Assembly: GCA_965285935.1 (NCBI GenBank)
Contig: OZ260664.1
Span: forward strand, 66,898,001 to 66,962,000
Length of the DNA stretch: 64,000 nt
DNA from: Ophelia neglecta
Lineage: Eukaryota
Reading direction: 5' to 3'
Part shown: piece after piece, positions 11,301 to 26,300 of the stretch
How the letters are laid out: each line of letters begins with the position of its first letter
How positions within the stretch are numbered: position 1 is the stretch's first letter
Program-made: the position numbers and the translations under genes
The notes under the pieces: model-generated
What the model saw: the letters and a program-made list of their open reading frames with translations, nothing else
Told to the model about the DNA's origin: nothing
Database searches by the model: none

Positions 11301-14300
11301 CTACTTTCAAAATACTTGTTCCCACCGCCATGTCTTCAGGAATAGACTTGGAGTAGCTTGTTTCTCTAAACTTGGGGTCATTGTCGTTGATGTCTAGGAC
11401 TTTGACTTGTATAGAGCTGGTGCTGGACCTTGGTGGGTCCCCTCCGTCGGTGGCCTGTACTGTCAGCAGGTACAGGGCATGAAGCTCTCTGTCCAGGGGG
11501 CCACAAGACAGCTCACCAGACATGGAGTCAATGGAAAACTTGTTGTCAACATTCCCAGCTGAAATTAATCATCCTCTATTATGTACAAATGCTCAGAAAA
11601 AACCCACCCTACACTGAATTCATTTTGTTTTGAAATACAGATAATTTGTAAATACTAATGTTAGCAAACACAGCATTCATTTCAGATTATTGTTATGTAC
11701 ATTATCCATCGAAATAATGATAGTATTCATTCAGTGGTGAACTCAGACACACTTTTCTGAAGAAGTAGTATACATCTTAGATCCTGGTAGATGACATGTA
11801 CCAGGAAGGGACTGTTGATCATAACTTACCAACAATACTGTAGGTGACCTCTCCATTCCTGCCGCTGTCACCATCGCTGGCCATGACGGTGTGTAGTACA
11901 GACTGCTGTCCGTTTTCTGGTACTTCCAGGTAGTACTGGGACTCCTTGAACACAGGAGCATTGTCATTGATGTCCAGCACACTCACCAATATGGTGGTGG
12001 TGTCGTACAGCGCAGGAAAGGCTGCATCTTTCACATAGGCTGAAATGGTCATACAACAGGGTCAATGACAGCTTTTGTGAAATTTTAACCATGACAAGTC
12101 AATGCCGCTAAAATGTTTAACGATAACCATTGTTCATTTGATCTGCTAAAAGAATGTTAAATGTATGGGTTTTAACGTCCCTTTCAACACATGAGAGGTC
12201 ATATCGGGACAGGGAGTCTCTTGGAAAGATGAGGCGATCTGCTAAAAGAAGGCTCATTGAGTGAGAGACGAGAGTAGGCAGCCTTACCAGTGATGACCCA
12301 GTCCTGTTTCTGTTCTCTGTCCAGTTTAATGTTAGTTGTGATTCTGCCCGTCTGATGATCGATGGCAAAAGATTTGTTAGCAATGCCATCAGGAATCAAG
12401 TATTGTAACTCTGCATTCAAATCTGAAGGCAAAATGTATTAAGTGTATTTTACAAATCACAACATGCCATAACCACCTTGCAAGCTACCTGTCAACTATG
12501 CAACTATACATATACCTTATGTGAAAAACATATATTTATTAAGATTGCTTATATATATTATTACCCGCATACTAAACTAAGAGAAAGTGCTTATATGATC
12601 TGTACAAAATTGTTATGTTACATATTTATAACTTACCTATATCTTTATCCGATGCCTTGATTTGAGTGACAAAGGTGTGGAGTGGCTGGTCCTCCGTTAT
12701 GTTGGCTCTGTACACAGAGTATTCAAAGATTGGAGCGTTGTCATTGACGTCCACCACATGGATGGTGACCTTCTTGTAGGAGGTCTGGCGAGGGTGACCA
12801 TAGTCCTTGGCACTGATGTTTAGGTTAAAGGCCCCTGTGTTCTCACGATCTAAAGGCTTGGCAATGGTCATTAAGCCTGATAGGAAAATAATATACTCAT
12901 TATTCAAAGCATGCTATATTGTTCAATGATGAATTCATAACCAGATATCCTCATATTTTTATTGCATGATATAAGTTATTCAAAATGCCCCTAGTTTAGG
13001 CAAAGGATTCATCTTATCATAACAAGATATGCTGTTTTCTTTTACTACAAGTGAACAGCATGGACAATTTGAAACATGAGACATAAATAGTAATTGACAG
13101 ATCAGAGAGTAGAAATCAGAATTTGAGTAGCAGCACATACCAGATGAGGAGTCCAGGTGAAAGTGTCCTTTCTGGTTGCCACTGACAATAGAATAGGTCA
13201 CCTTGCCATTATCGTGGGAGTCAGCATCAGTGGCCACCACATGTACTACAGGGTAACCCATTGGTTCATCCTCCATCACATCAAACTGGTCTCTAATCTC
13301 AAACTTAGGAGCATTATCATTGACATCCTCGATGAGAATCAGAGCACTGACCGTGGAGAAGAGTCTCCCGCTGGGGTTAGACGGCTGATCTGAGGCCTTG
13401 ATCACCACCGAAAACTGAGGAGTCACCTCAAAGTCCAGAGCTTTGTCCAGCCGGAGGTAGCCATTGTTTTTATCTATGCTGAACCAGGCTCCGTCAGGTG
13501 ACTGGGAGGTGATCTCGTACTGGACATTTCCTCGGTCTCCACTGTCCTTGTCTATAGCACTCAGAGTGTAGACATGTGTGCCAGGAGGGACATTCTCTTG
13601 GATACTCAATACTACCGGATTCTCTTCAAACACAGGTGGGTTGTCATTCTTGTCTACTATGGTGATCTTGACATTGATGATACTACTAAGAGGGTTGATG
13701 GCACTGCTGTCTATGGCCCGAATCTGGACGGTGTATGCTGAGGCTTCCTCGTAATCCAAGGGCTGGGTGATGAAAATACTGCCTGTGGTACCGTTCACAC
13801 CAAATGTGCCAAACAAGTTGCCGCTGATTATGTAATAATGCACTCTGCCATTTTCACCAGAATCTTTATCCTCGGCGACCACTGAGCCTATGATAGTCCC
13901 AGGGGTGGTGTTTTCCTGGACGGTGAATGAGACGTTAGCATTCTCAAACTCAGGAGGAGTCTCATTCTCATCTTCTACCACCACTTGTACAGATAACACT
14001 GAACTTTTACGTGGGATGCCTCCATCAGAGGCTATAACTCGCAGCATGTACTGGGCCTTGGTCTCGTGATCCAGAACTTCTTTGGTGGTGATTTGGCCAT
14101 TGCGAGGGTTGATATCAAACATATTGTAGTCCCTGCTCTCTGAGGCTGTAGATTAGTAAAATAAATACATACATTTTTTTAAATGATCAAACACTTAATT
14201 TTAAGTAACACAACTCTCAACAAGAGAAAAAAAATCTTACTGCCAAATTATTAAAGAGAAAGCAGATGATGGAAATGCCCTAAGACTGAATAGAAGGCGT

Positions 14301-17300
14301 CTGTATTGAATGAATTGATGAGCAGGACTTCTTCAATCACACTTACCTTTATCTAGTGAGTAGGTGATGGTGGAATTTTCTCCCTTGTCAGAGTCGGTAG
14401 CCGAGACCAATGCTACCAGCGTGTTTTTGGGTCGGTTCTCCTGTATGTAAACCATCATGGGGCTGGCCTGGTCAAACTGAGGGGCATTATCATTGATGTC
14501 TAGAATCTGAACTCGGACATCCACTGTTGCACTCTGGGGGTTTTCTCCCGAGTCGCTGACCTTGACTTGGAACTCGTGTGTCTCCATCCGCTCGCGGTCC
14601 AGCTGCTTCCTGGTGACTATCTCCCCGTTGGTGGACTCGATGGAGAAGTGGGCATTGTTACCCACCAGATAGTACACCAGATCATCAGACTGGTCCCTGT
14701 CTGTGGCCGACACATAGCCCAGCAGAGTGTTGCCTGGTTTATTCTCCTCCATGTAAAATAGGTACGAGTCTTCTAAGAACTCTGGCCTGTTATCATTGTC
14801 ATCCAGAATATTGATGATGACTTGAGCAGTGGAGGATAGGGCAGGGATTCCGTTGTCAATGGCAACCACTTTCAGTTGGTAGCGCTCGTGACGCTCACGG
14901 TCAAGCTTCATGCGGTTGTATAGCTGGCCATTCTCCGAGAATATGCCAAACACATCGAGGTTTTCTCCATTCTGCACCATGTAGGTGATCCTGCCATTGT
15001 TGCCCGAGTCGGCATCAGTGGCGGTGACTTTATCAAACTTGGTGTTGACGGCCAGGGATTCCTCGATGTCAAAGCTGTAGACAGACTGGGTGAAGAGGGG
15101 TGGGTTATCATTACAGTCCTGGACCACGATTCTTACGGAGATGCTGCTCTGTTTGCTGGGAGAGCCCATGTCATAGGCTGTGACAGTAAACTGATGTCTG
15201 TCGGCGGTCTCGTGGTCCAATGACCTTTGTAGACGTATCTGGCCTGTCACACTGTCCACGGCGAAGGTGCCTGAGCTGTCCTCGATGGAGTAGCGCACCT
15301 TACCGTTGTCTCCGCTGTCTCTGTCGGTGGCCTGTACCACGTAGATAGTGCTGGTCAGAGGCACGTCCTCCTTTACTGGGATCTCTATTGAGGACACACT
15401 AAACACAGGAGCATTGTCATTGACATCTGTGATGGATATGTTCACCTGAAAACACAAGACATGCATCATTTTTCAGGTCTAAACAATTAGGTCTTTTCAT
15501 TTAAATATAATAAATAATCAAGTTACCATATTTGATCTAGTAGCTGACTCAATTTTTTTAAAGAGTAGTGGTTTTTTTTTCCAACTATGACTTAGAGATT
15601 TATCATCAATATTACCTGGGCACTCCCATAGCTCGGGGGTGAACCAGCTTCAGCCTGGATGTTAAGTAGTACAGAGGAGGTAGTATCATGATCCAGTGCC
15701 TTTACCACTCTAATCTCTCCTCCCACTGGGTCCACTGTGAACTGCCCATCAGGGTCTCCGGACACCACAGAATAACTCACACGAGGGTTACCTAAAGTAT
15801 GCATATATTCTAACATGAAAACGTACCTCATGTAAGTCACATAAATTAAAAGTACAGAAGGTAAATGCATCAATAGTTTGAAAAATTTAATAAACCATTT
15901 TAAGAAAGCTATAGTGAAAATTACTTTCTGAACCTACTTTCATATGAAGTGTAGCTTTGTTGAGAGACTTACCAGGAGCGGAGGCGGAGACTTTGCCGAC
16001 CAGTGTGTTTATCCCACCATCCTCGGGTACAGAGAACTTGTAGAGAGAGGAGGTAAATTCCGGAGGGTTCTGGTCAGAGCCCAGCACGGTGATATTGACA
16101 TAGGCGCTGGACATTGACTGTAGTCCGCCACCGTCTCGGGCCATTACGGCCACGTTATACAGGCGGGGGCTGCTCGGTAAGGCCTTGGCCAGTTTGAGAA
16201 CTCCACTGTTGGAGACGATGGTGAAAAGTCCATTGGGATTCCCACCCTGAATGGAATAGGATATAGTTCCTAAGTTACCCGAGTCTGAATCGGTGGCTTG
16301 GACGGCAATGATTTCAGACCCAAGGGCGGTGCCCTCTTCCAGATTGACACTGTAGCGACTGGGGTAGAAGATCGGGTTGTTGTCATTGACATCAACCACA
16401 GTAACCTTGACCATGGCAGTGGTGTCCAGGCCATCTACAGATGAAAAATATAAACATATAACAAGGATGTCTGCACATTACATATCACTGGTCAAATACA
16501 GATTCCATTAATAACAATTTTTGACAAACCTGCAAAACTGTAATCACTGCTTACCTTGGTCACTAGCCACAACCGGGAAGTCATGGGTCCTTTTCTTCTC
16601 AAAGTCTAGTGGTTTGGTGATGCAGATTTTGCCAGTTGAGCTCTGTACCTCAAATTCCTGGGGCGTTTGGAACCCTAAGTTGGCTGCGACCGAGTAGGAC
16701 ACCTGGGCATTGGCTCCACAGTCCGGGTCTGTGGCTGACACCTGGTAAAATAACAAAAATATTTAAAATGGTGTAACTATAACCCTTGAAATGGAGGCAT
16801 ATATTTAATTGTGTAGGCCTGCAGCGGTAGGTACTACTCTACTACAGGTCTAATGGAGTAGTATCATGATGGGCAATACTGGCCTCAGCCAGTACAGTAA
16901 TCACAAAGTTTTTGTCTGTCCTGCAAAACATATATACTGTCTGAAGTAAGACGCCAGTCATTGTGCACTGGCTGTACGCTTAATTATCTAAGGCTTTATA
17001 AAAGAAAGGCCCAGATATACTGGCCAATTTTGCCAATCCAAATCATTGGGTATCCAGTGTGTGGAATGCGGCTGACCACAATCAATGTCTGCCAAGTCAC
17101 ATGCACAGAAAGGCCGTGCACACACTTCTATTGTACACCCGGCCTGCACCCTCTCATTTGGCGAGGGGCATTCTCCCCTCACCCGTCATACAGTCCATGA
17201 CAGTCTGGTAAGGTAAACCACCTAACTACCACTAATTTGGGTGGCATCTATCTTAGAGCAGGGAAGTCAGCTGTCAAGTTGCTTTACACAGGTGGGGATT

Positions 17301-20300
17301 CTTATTGTTCACACAAAATAACAAGTCCATCTCTGGCATAATAAAACACAAACTATCTGCAGCCCGAGGCCACTAAACCTCAGCAGAGTCATCACAGCCT
17401 GGACGGTTTGCTAGATCATTTTCAGCTTTCCAAATACTTTGGCATTATATCAAGTTTCATGGTTAAAGAAACATGAATTTGGAGTAAAATTACATGGCTT
17501 ACAGCAGTCTGAAAAGTTAACAAAAATGTCAAATATATGTCAAAATACACAATGGACACTTAAGTGGAAGACGGTCACTAAATCAATATTCGCTATTTGT
17601 CAACTTGAAGCTACAATCAGAAATAAAATGGAAAACTCACATGGAGCTAACCGAATTGATGCTCTGGCTGATTATTGAACAAAGTATCTCATTACAGACA
17701 GGCACTAGTTATTACTGCCTTAGGTTAAAAATGCTTTTAGAAATGGCACTGACCCAAATGGTCTGTGGGGCAAAATATTAGAAAGTGTTTCCAAATTTAT
17801 CAGACTGTATCATCGTGAAATTTGTTGGTTGCTGATGAGAATCAGGCGCTGACAAGGATTGATGGCCTGGAGACCTACAACAGGACAGGTGCTAGCCTCC
17901 TCAATAATAAACTAGGAGAATAGAAAGGCATTTAATTGACAACAGATGGGTAAAGATGGCCTAAACTGCTGTATTTCATGAACTAAAAGCTAGCAGACAG
18001 ACCTATATGACCAAATAGATGACTGTCAATGAGGCACTAGGTACACAATGTGAATACAGCATTGCATTCAACTTTAGTCATTTTTATCATTACATAGAGG
18101 GTTAATAGTATTTCTTAAAATCAACCATTCAATGCTTTCATACATCTTTCTATTTTTGTTTTTGTACAGTCCATCCCTGGCAGCAGTTGGATTGGCTTCA
18201 GATCAATGCCTTGTGATATAACACAGGACATTTAAGTAAAAATCATTCTGTCATTTTAATAATAAATTTTTAATCAAATTCCAGATAGCCTAACTTATAT
18301 GAGCAGAGGAGCTGGATTTCTTCAAGTTATATTTTGAAATGGTTAAGAGTCTAGGTTGGTAAACTGTAAACATATTAAAGTGTGTGCTAGTCCTATCCCC
18401 ATAAATACAGGTTCTCTAACACTATTAGACAAACAATTCCCACTAGAAATAAACACTGGCTGGGTGATGCTTTTTACCATCTGACTAAAAGTGAGGTTTG
18501 ACCGATTTCAGGAGATACAGAACCATAAAATGGTGTATACCACTAAACGTGATTTATACAATTGCCTTCAGCAAAAAACGGTATAATTTAAAGCCCTCTT
18601 CAGAGGATAAGATTATGAATGAGTTGGTGACAAGCACAGCTACCCAGTGCTAGATTTATCACCTACACCTCATCATCCATGATGACACAGATAAGATAGG
18701 CAAATATCTCACTTACAGTGAATGTCAATATGACAGGCTGAATTATTGTTTTTAATAAGTATACTTGTCAGCTACTCCAATGGTATGGCAGAGTTATCAA
18801 AGCCTGGATGGTTTGCCAGACCATTTTTTTTACTGTTTGACTTCAGTATTCAAGGAGTGCAGATATGAAATAGGGGGTCTGGAATTGGTAAATCAAATGT
18901 GAATAAAACAACCTGAAAACTGTGCTTGGGGGGATTAAATAGTATTCAAGAGTGCATGGCCAAGCTAAGACTTCCAGACGAATGACTCCACATCAGGGAG
19001 ACAATGTTGCCTTATTACTCCTGCTGTGATATAAGTCAGGAGAAGGAGAAACCATTAGGCTCTCTGTATGTTGGGAGTTGACACTGATGACCCGACCAGG
19101 AAACTTTGTTTGGCCTGAGGCACGTGTACTGCCCACCTACCGCCTAGCACCAGAAACAACCACCAGCCACCAGATGATATCCAGAAACAACTCTATATCA
19201 ACAAAAAAATGTTAATTCATAAATTACTGAGTAAACTGCACTTGTATGGTACAGCACACCCATTCCAGACTAGATCATTGAAAGCCCAGGTTAAACATTT
19301 CTATCTTCAGGTAAATAATAACCATAACTACAGGAAAAAGAAGAAAACTACCATGATGAGACTTTAAAGAGAGAGCCCGAGAAAAGCTGAAAGGCAGGCC
19401 AAACACTGGTGATGGACACGAGTGTTTGACTGGCAGAGAAGCCAGCCAATGCTGACAGACAGAAATTGAACCGACGAGATTTTGAAATGTACGAAAACAT
19501 AGCCCACCTTGAGCAGGAGATTCCCATAAATATCTGGACTAAATAAATTGTCTGAGTCTGGAAAGCACATTAATATACCAGTCAGCTGACTTATGGATGT
19601 CTTAAACTGAATAAATATTGCTATAATTCTGCAAAGGTATCCCAATAAATTGCCATTGCACCATGCTGTCCCGGTTGTTATCACAATCCCTCAGGGAACA
19701 ACTGGCTCAAATATTTAGATGAGTTTGTTGGCGGGCAGAGGGTCAGAGTTTTATCATGTATGTCTACAGATTATGATAAACCCCGGCCATCCCTGTCAAT
19801 ATGTCCACTCATCAACAACACAGGGTCAGAGGTCACTACCAGCACACTACACATTATATTCTCATAGTATTTATTCATCTAAATAACATGTCCTCTGGTA
19901 CACTGTAAGTGAAGCAGAATGCAAATTGTATACTATATTAAGGCCTAATCATTGGACCAACTACACTCAATCAATATAACAACTCACTCATATCATAATG
20001 CCACAATTTACCAATAATTTAAATTACTAAACCGGCATTGCTGAATTGAATACTAACAACTATGAGCTTTGTGTTATACTTGTAACATTGTCTATACAAT
20101 AATTTCACATAAGCAGCCATCCGGCATAGGCTCAGTGCAGGTGACCAATATACCAACTACCATCATGCATGCGGAGTCAGGTAGTTTCTAATAACAATCA
20201 AAGGAGGAAGAAAAATACAATCCAATCTTCAGGTAACAGCTATGCTAACATCGGTTTGAGGCAAACTGCTCACAGTTGGTTCCTATTACCTGCAGTCTGG

Positions 20301-23300
20301 AGCTGGTTAGACCCGATCAAGGCCTCCCGAGAAAAAAAAACCCATCTCCTTTACTTAGTCATCGGGAGGGGCAAGACACTGGGAGGAGGAAGCTCAGCAT
20401 CACAACAGTGCTTCATCCGATACATACGATAATGGCTGTCAGGTTACAGGAGCTATTAGCTTGACTTTTATAGCAATATAATAATCCATGAGAAGTTTCC
20501 ATGAAAGTTTTAATACCAATTATATCTCTATTATTTCAAAGCATGAATTCAAAACTGCATTATGTATCATTAATGAACTAAACTGTGTGCTGTTTGAATT
20601 AATTCAGGAAAGTTTATTAGGTTTGTTTTTTATTCAGACTGGTATATTCTGATCACGTAGGCTGTGGTTCCCATGCTGAGTGGTGTTATGGGTGTATTCA
20701 TATTGGGTGGGACTAGTCAATAGTTAGTGGCAAAATTGTACAAGTCAAATATGCTGAAATTCAACTTTAAGTTAGTCATCTGACCTGTAAATAGATTTGG
20801 AGACACTATGCTTCAAGTACTGCATAAATACTGTACCAATCAACACTCATTTTCCATCAGATGTATACACATGTAGCAACTTTTTCCTATATTCTTTACC
20901 TTCCGATTCAAATTTGCAGGAACCAATTAATATGAAAACCACTTTTACCATGAAATATACAAACAGCATTATGCTTACTTCTTTGTGAATAGCCTCTTGT
21001 TTCTAAAAATAAAGACACTTGATATCTGTTTCATGAAGTTGGTAAATATATGTAAAGAAATCTTGGAATCTCTTATTCACTTGAATCTTAAAGGCCACTA
21101 TATCAAAGAATAAATTTTCCCTACAAGTTTGACCTGTCTTACTTTGCTATTCCTTCTAAGGAGTTCACACTGTAAGCAGCTCAAGAGATACTTGACTAGC
21201 TTTCGTTGAAGCCCGTTTTCTCTTTAGCTTTGAAAACCAACCACAGAGTGAAATTTCCCAGGGACAAAAGCATAAGATTTCAATAAACTATCATTTGACC
21301 CTCTCCTGAACCATATACACCAATCAACAACTTTATCTTTGAAGGTGGTAATGTTCCGATGTGGGAATCTTGACACAATGAAATCAATGAGTTACAGTGT
21401 GATATGGACACCTGCTGGACTAAACATTGTCAGCCTCTATGGGTACCTGGCTAAGTCAGAAGAACCTGGCAATTCAAATTGTTTGCATGACCAGGAGAGA
21501 TATTGGCATTTCTTCCATTGTCTTTACACTTCACAGTCAGGGGTCTTACATTAATATCAGGTTAATGAGCCCTGTCATCTTAACACAGGGATCACTCCAG
21601 AAAATGTTCAGGCAATTTTTCATATAATTAATGCCTTTCTGAAGCAGTGGGAATATTTGGCTGACACAACAAGTGTTCCTGACAAAACAGATCATATCAC
21701 CATATCATATTCACCAGACATATTCATCACTGTTATCTCTATACATTAACAAGTATGTTTGTTTATTTGGTAATTGGTGGTCATTTAAGGGCCCTATGTT
21801 ATTGAAAGCTAATTCAGCACCTGCCATGCCAAGAATTGACAAGCTTCCAGAGAATACCAACTAAAGCTGCCAATATTTCTAACATATATTTACACTCTGA
21901 ATACAGAAAACAGCTGGATAAACTGGAGAATCTCCAGTTGAGAGCTTGGCATTTGTTTTAAAACTTCACTGAGCAACTTGACCCTGGATACAGACCTTTC
22001 AGCACCCATTTCTTTTTCGCAATTACTAGAGACAAGGACTTTATGCTGGTTCCTATAAACCTCTACTAACAAGACAGGGCTAAGATAATGGAGTCAATGG
22101 AATGCCCAGACGGACAATAATTCACTCCTCCTACATTTGTGTTTAACAATGCAGTATGGATGTTTTGTAGCTTTGATAGTGTACATTACAAATCTGTAAT
22201 ATATCACAATGAAAATGGAGAATATTGAGTGGATAAATGTCTTACAGTTATATTCATGAAATAAAGATTCAATATTGCACACTATCTTGGAAATAACAGA
22301 ATATATAAAATGGGTAAAAATACATCTGTTTGATAAATCAACCGTTCATATGTACTATTTTGACAATAAAAATGTTGCAAAAGACATTAAACTTTCCTGT
22401 TTTGACAGGCTCAAGATCCCATGATAACTTCAGATTCTGATGAAATGCGTTAGGCAGTAGAGGAGTATGATTTCACCAATCAGAGCCAGGTTATGTCAGG
22501 AAGCAGGAGACATGCCCGGTAAGTACTGACACAATTTGTGCATATGCTGTATACTATAGGCGAGTGCAGGGACACATTGATCTAAACAAAGTATGTCCCC
22601 CCCCCAAAAAAAAAACCCAGCACCACCAATCATTGATGCAGATGGTTTGTTTATCTGAAAATAAAGAAGGTGTATAAACAGGAAAACTTTTTACAATATT
22701 TTGCAAAAAAAGGCACATTCAACTGAAAGTCAAAACCTAAAAGTTGAAAGCTTTCTCCGATTAGATGTTGACCATGGTTGCAGATGTTGAGTGGCAAGTT
22801 TTGCAACGGTGATAATCCACATTGACTGCAGACTCCGCTTGCCTGTCATCAACACCCAACCAATGTTACAGAATTCTGACTTTGATGAATTACAGGTTTC
22901 CAGGCCAGCGATGGATGGGACTCACCGTCTCTGAGACATACTCCACAAAACATGCCAATAATTGCTCATCTCTACACTCAAATGATCTTTACCCATCAGG
23001 ATCCTCAGAATAGAGGGGGGTCAGCTCATTCAATCAAAATGGGATAGCTGTGACGGTGTGGAGGTAATTGAATCAGACAGAGAGGTTAACAAATTGTATA
23101 GCAAGGTGGGAAAGAAATAGCCCAAAGCTCACATTTACAATGGGCGACTGCAAATATGGATCTCCATCTTTTCATAGGGCTCACAATTGAGGAAAAGCAT
23201 GATTGGTTGTTTTTTTGTTGCTGCTAGTTACATGCATTAGATGACTTACACATGTACTGCCAGTCCCAGAACACACATGACCTTTGGAGGAAGCACTTGA

Positions 23301-26300
23301 CTATCACTTGGCCATCAATGCTTTCCAAATGCCCAGCACTGGCTCACCATATCATCAGGAGACTTTGTGAAGACATAACTGTTTTTCAAAGTAATCTGGT
23401 ATCCATTGCCAAAGGTAACACAAGAAACGCCAAATGTTTCAAATGGGTTAGTAAATGTTTTCAGATCGCAGCACAGACTATAAGGTTTCAGCCAATATTA
23501 TTTTCTAGCCAGACTGGCTATGTGGCAGCTTGCATTAAATGTAGCTAACTTGATGGGTTTTCAATAGCTGGGATTTCCCAGGCAGCAGGTTCTGATAGAA
23601 AATACAAAAAAAATGTACAGCCTCTCCATCATGAATCATATAGAAAACTACAAAACAACAATGTTAAATATTAGATTAATGTACACCTCTTATATATCAA
23701 AGGCCGCTAGCATCTGTGATCACAAAATATAAATGTTTGTTTAAAATATTCAACCCAACAATTAACTGTTCATACTAGCAAAATGTTTTAGCATCTCCAA
23801 AAGGTAGGAGTCATTGCGTAGTCTATGCTACGTTGACTCTCTGACGGATAGATAAGCTTTAAATAAAACTGAAAAACAGAACCAAGAATAAATCATAGTA
23901 TGACATTACATTGACTTGACATCTGTGAGTCATGATTTATTAATTAATTAACCAGCCATTCACTAAATTTTGATAAGACAGCCATAAAGAACAAAAATAA
24001 TGTCAAATATTAAGAATATCATTATTATGTGAACAAGACTTGGTGTAACTTATTTTAACAAACCAGTAGGAAATAGTTAGTACAGGACTGAGTGACAGAG
24101 GTGAGACACAGTAAAACTATGGAGTCAGTTAATGTGGGTGATATTGAATTATATATGATAGCATCAGCCATCAATACAGTTTATGTATCTTTACAAAATA
24201 CCATGGCATTCAGTGATAAGAAGTGACAACATATATACTGACTACTGATGGTTGGTCACACAATAGAAAGACAGCAGCCACCATTGTCAGGAATCATGGC
24301 TGGTAATATACCTGTCACACATCAATGTCTCAGTTGGAAAATATCTGCGCTAAAACGTGAACAGACCACCTTCGGTGGCGACATTTTAAATATTTCCTGA
24401 TGCAACACATGTAATTTAATCTGAGGCCAGGTTCCCCATGTCATTAGACCACCATGGATAAGACAGGCAAACTTTTACCAGAAACCAGTACCCCTATCTG
24501 ACTGTGTACAATGATTAAACTGACAATGAATTCCATCACATTGATCAACTGCTCTACCCCAGGTCAGACCCTTCAGAACTTGAACATGCTTAATTATACA
24601 CCTCCCCAAGCCTGAATCTTATGCCATTAACCACCATTGTCCATTATACTCAGTCAGTGCAATGTTACACAATTAAAGAGTTTCTTGCATGTAGCAGCAA
24701 AAAGCCATAGACTGTACAAGTAATCTGATGAAACACCCTTTGTCTGTGGCAAAAACTGAAAGTCAATGAACACCACCATAAACTTTAATGCAAATTACTG
24801 GGTTTCAAATGTGACATATTAGAAAATTCAGGCACTGTGAATTTGACACCACAAATGCACCTTTGACATTTAATAGGGGCTTGTTGATTTCTCCAAATGT
24901 GGATGTGAATGGCTAGCTGAGGTAAAGCAAAAAGTCCTCCTCTACTTCAGGTTGATGAGCTGCAACTTGATTAACTTTATTAAAGAACAGCCTGTGTAAT
25001 AGCTGAATAACTGAAACAGTAGACAGGTGGACAAAGGGGTGATGAATCAAAGATAGGTGTGATAATGAGCACTAAAGTGATGCAATGAATCTCTCCATTC
25101 TTCTTGATAAGGCTAGCTGGACTAATTTGGTCACCTGAACTAAATCTATAGCCACTTGGAGACACCCCAAAACTGTCATCTACTAGCATCGCAAGAGTAT
25201 AGAAGGAACATCAGAGGAAGATGAAATCTGATAACATTGTTGTACTGGCCAACAGAGGTGTAATAGCAAAGATTGTTTCATTAATTTAATTTTGTCCTAA
25301 ATGCAAATGGCTGGTGATGAGGATATTTTAACAAAAAAGCTGCAACTGAACTGCATTTCTTCCTACAATGAACTCGTACTGGTGGCCCTCTGTGCCTTAC
25401 TGGTCCAAAACTCGAATGGTATGCCTACGAAACATAGACCTGGAGAGCTTTGGGCAGACTACCTGTCTGTTTATATGTAATCCACAGGGCAGTTGGCTCC
25501 CTACTCAAATGTCAGGAAATGTAGACTGCCAGGTGTAGAGTGTCGGTCTTGTAACACAGGTGGTCTATCAATCTCAAAGGGTGCAAAATTAGCCCTAATA
25601 GCTTCTATCAAACTATACAACATATCTGATCGCATGGCAAAGTTTTAATGTTTAAATCAATGCGACTTCTAAAACGCTCAATGGCTAAAAATAAAAATTC
25701 AAGCAGCAAAAGTTCAGAAAGCCGTCCATGGCTGTTTCGTTAAATATCTGTTATTGCCAGATTTTACACATTTAAGAGATATACCTCAGTGCTCTTGACA
25801 CTACAAAGGTACTATCTGGTGGTCAAGGTTATGGCCTCAATCAGACATTTTAATCCTTTCTCTTTGATCAGAGCAGTGTGAAGAATAAAAAGTGTGGAGT
25901 ATCAGCAATTTAATCTGGACCTACCTACAGAAACTTGCCACCACTGATAAACTATCTTTTCCCAGTCTTTTTATAATGAACAGGTGTTCCGATTGCCTCC
26001 TGTTATAAAGCATCTGCTACTGATGGGTATCGGCCTTCTCCATTTTACCATATTCCTAAGAAAATAACAGGGCCTTGAAGAACCTATATACCCTTCCAGA
26101 CCATTACAGATATTAGAATATTGATACTACATATTGAAACAATACCACTGAGAGTGTTTATTTGTTTCAGCACATAACGTATGACTAGATACTGACAATA
26201 ACTTGAAGACAATAGCTGGACGCACACTACTTTCCTACAGAAACTTAATTGAAGCTAACAACAGACAAGAAACTAAAGGCAATTACTATAATGTACCAAA

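Noticed and set aside
5776-14761. Plus-strand and alternative-frame ORFs overlapping ds exons (e.g. 6475-6822, 7747-8265, 9112-9417)
   Set aside because: Antisense or shadow frames of the cadherin coding sequence with no independent motifs.
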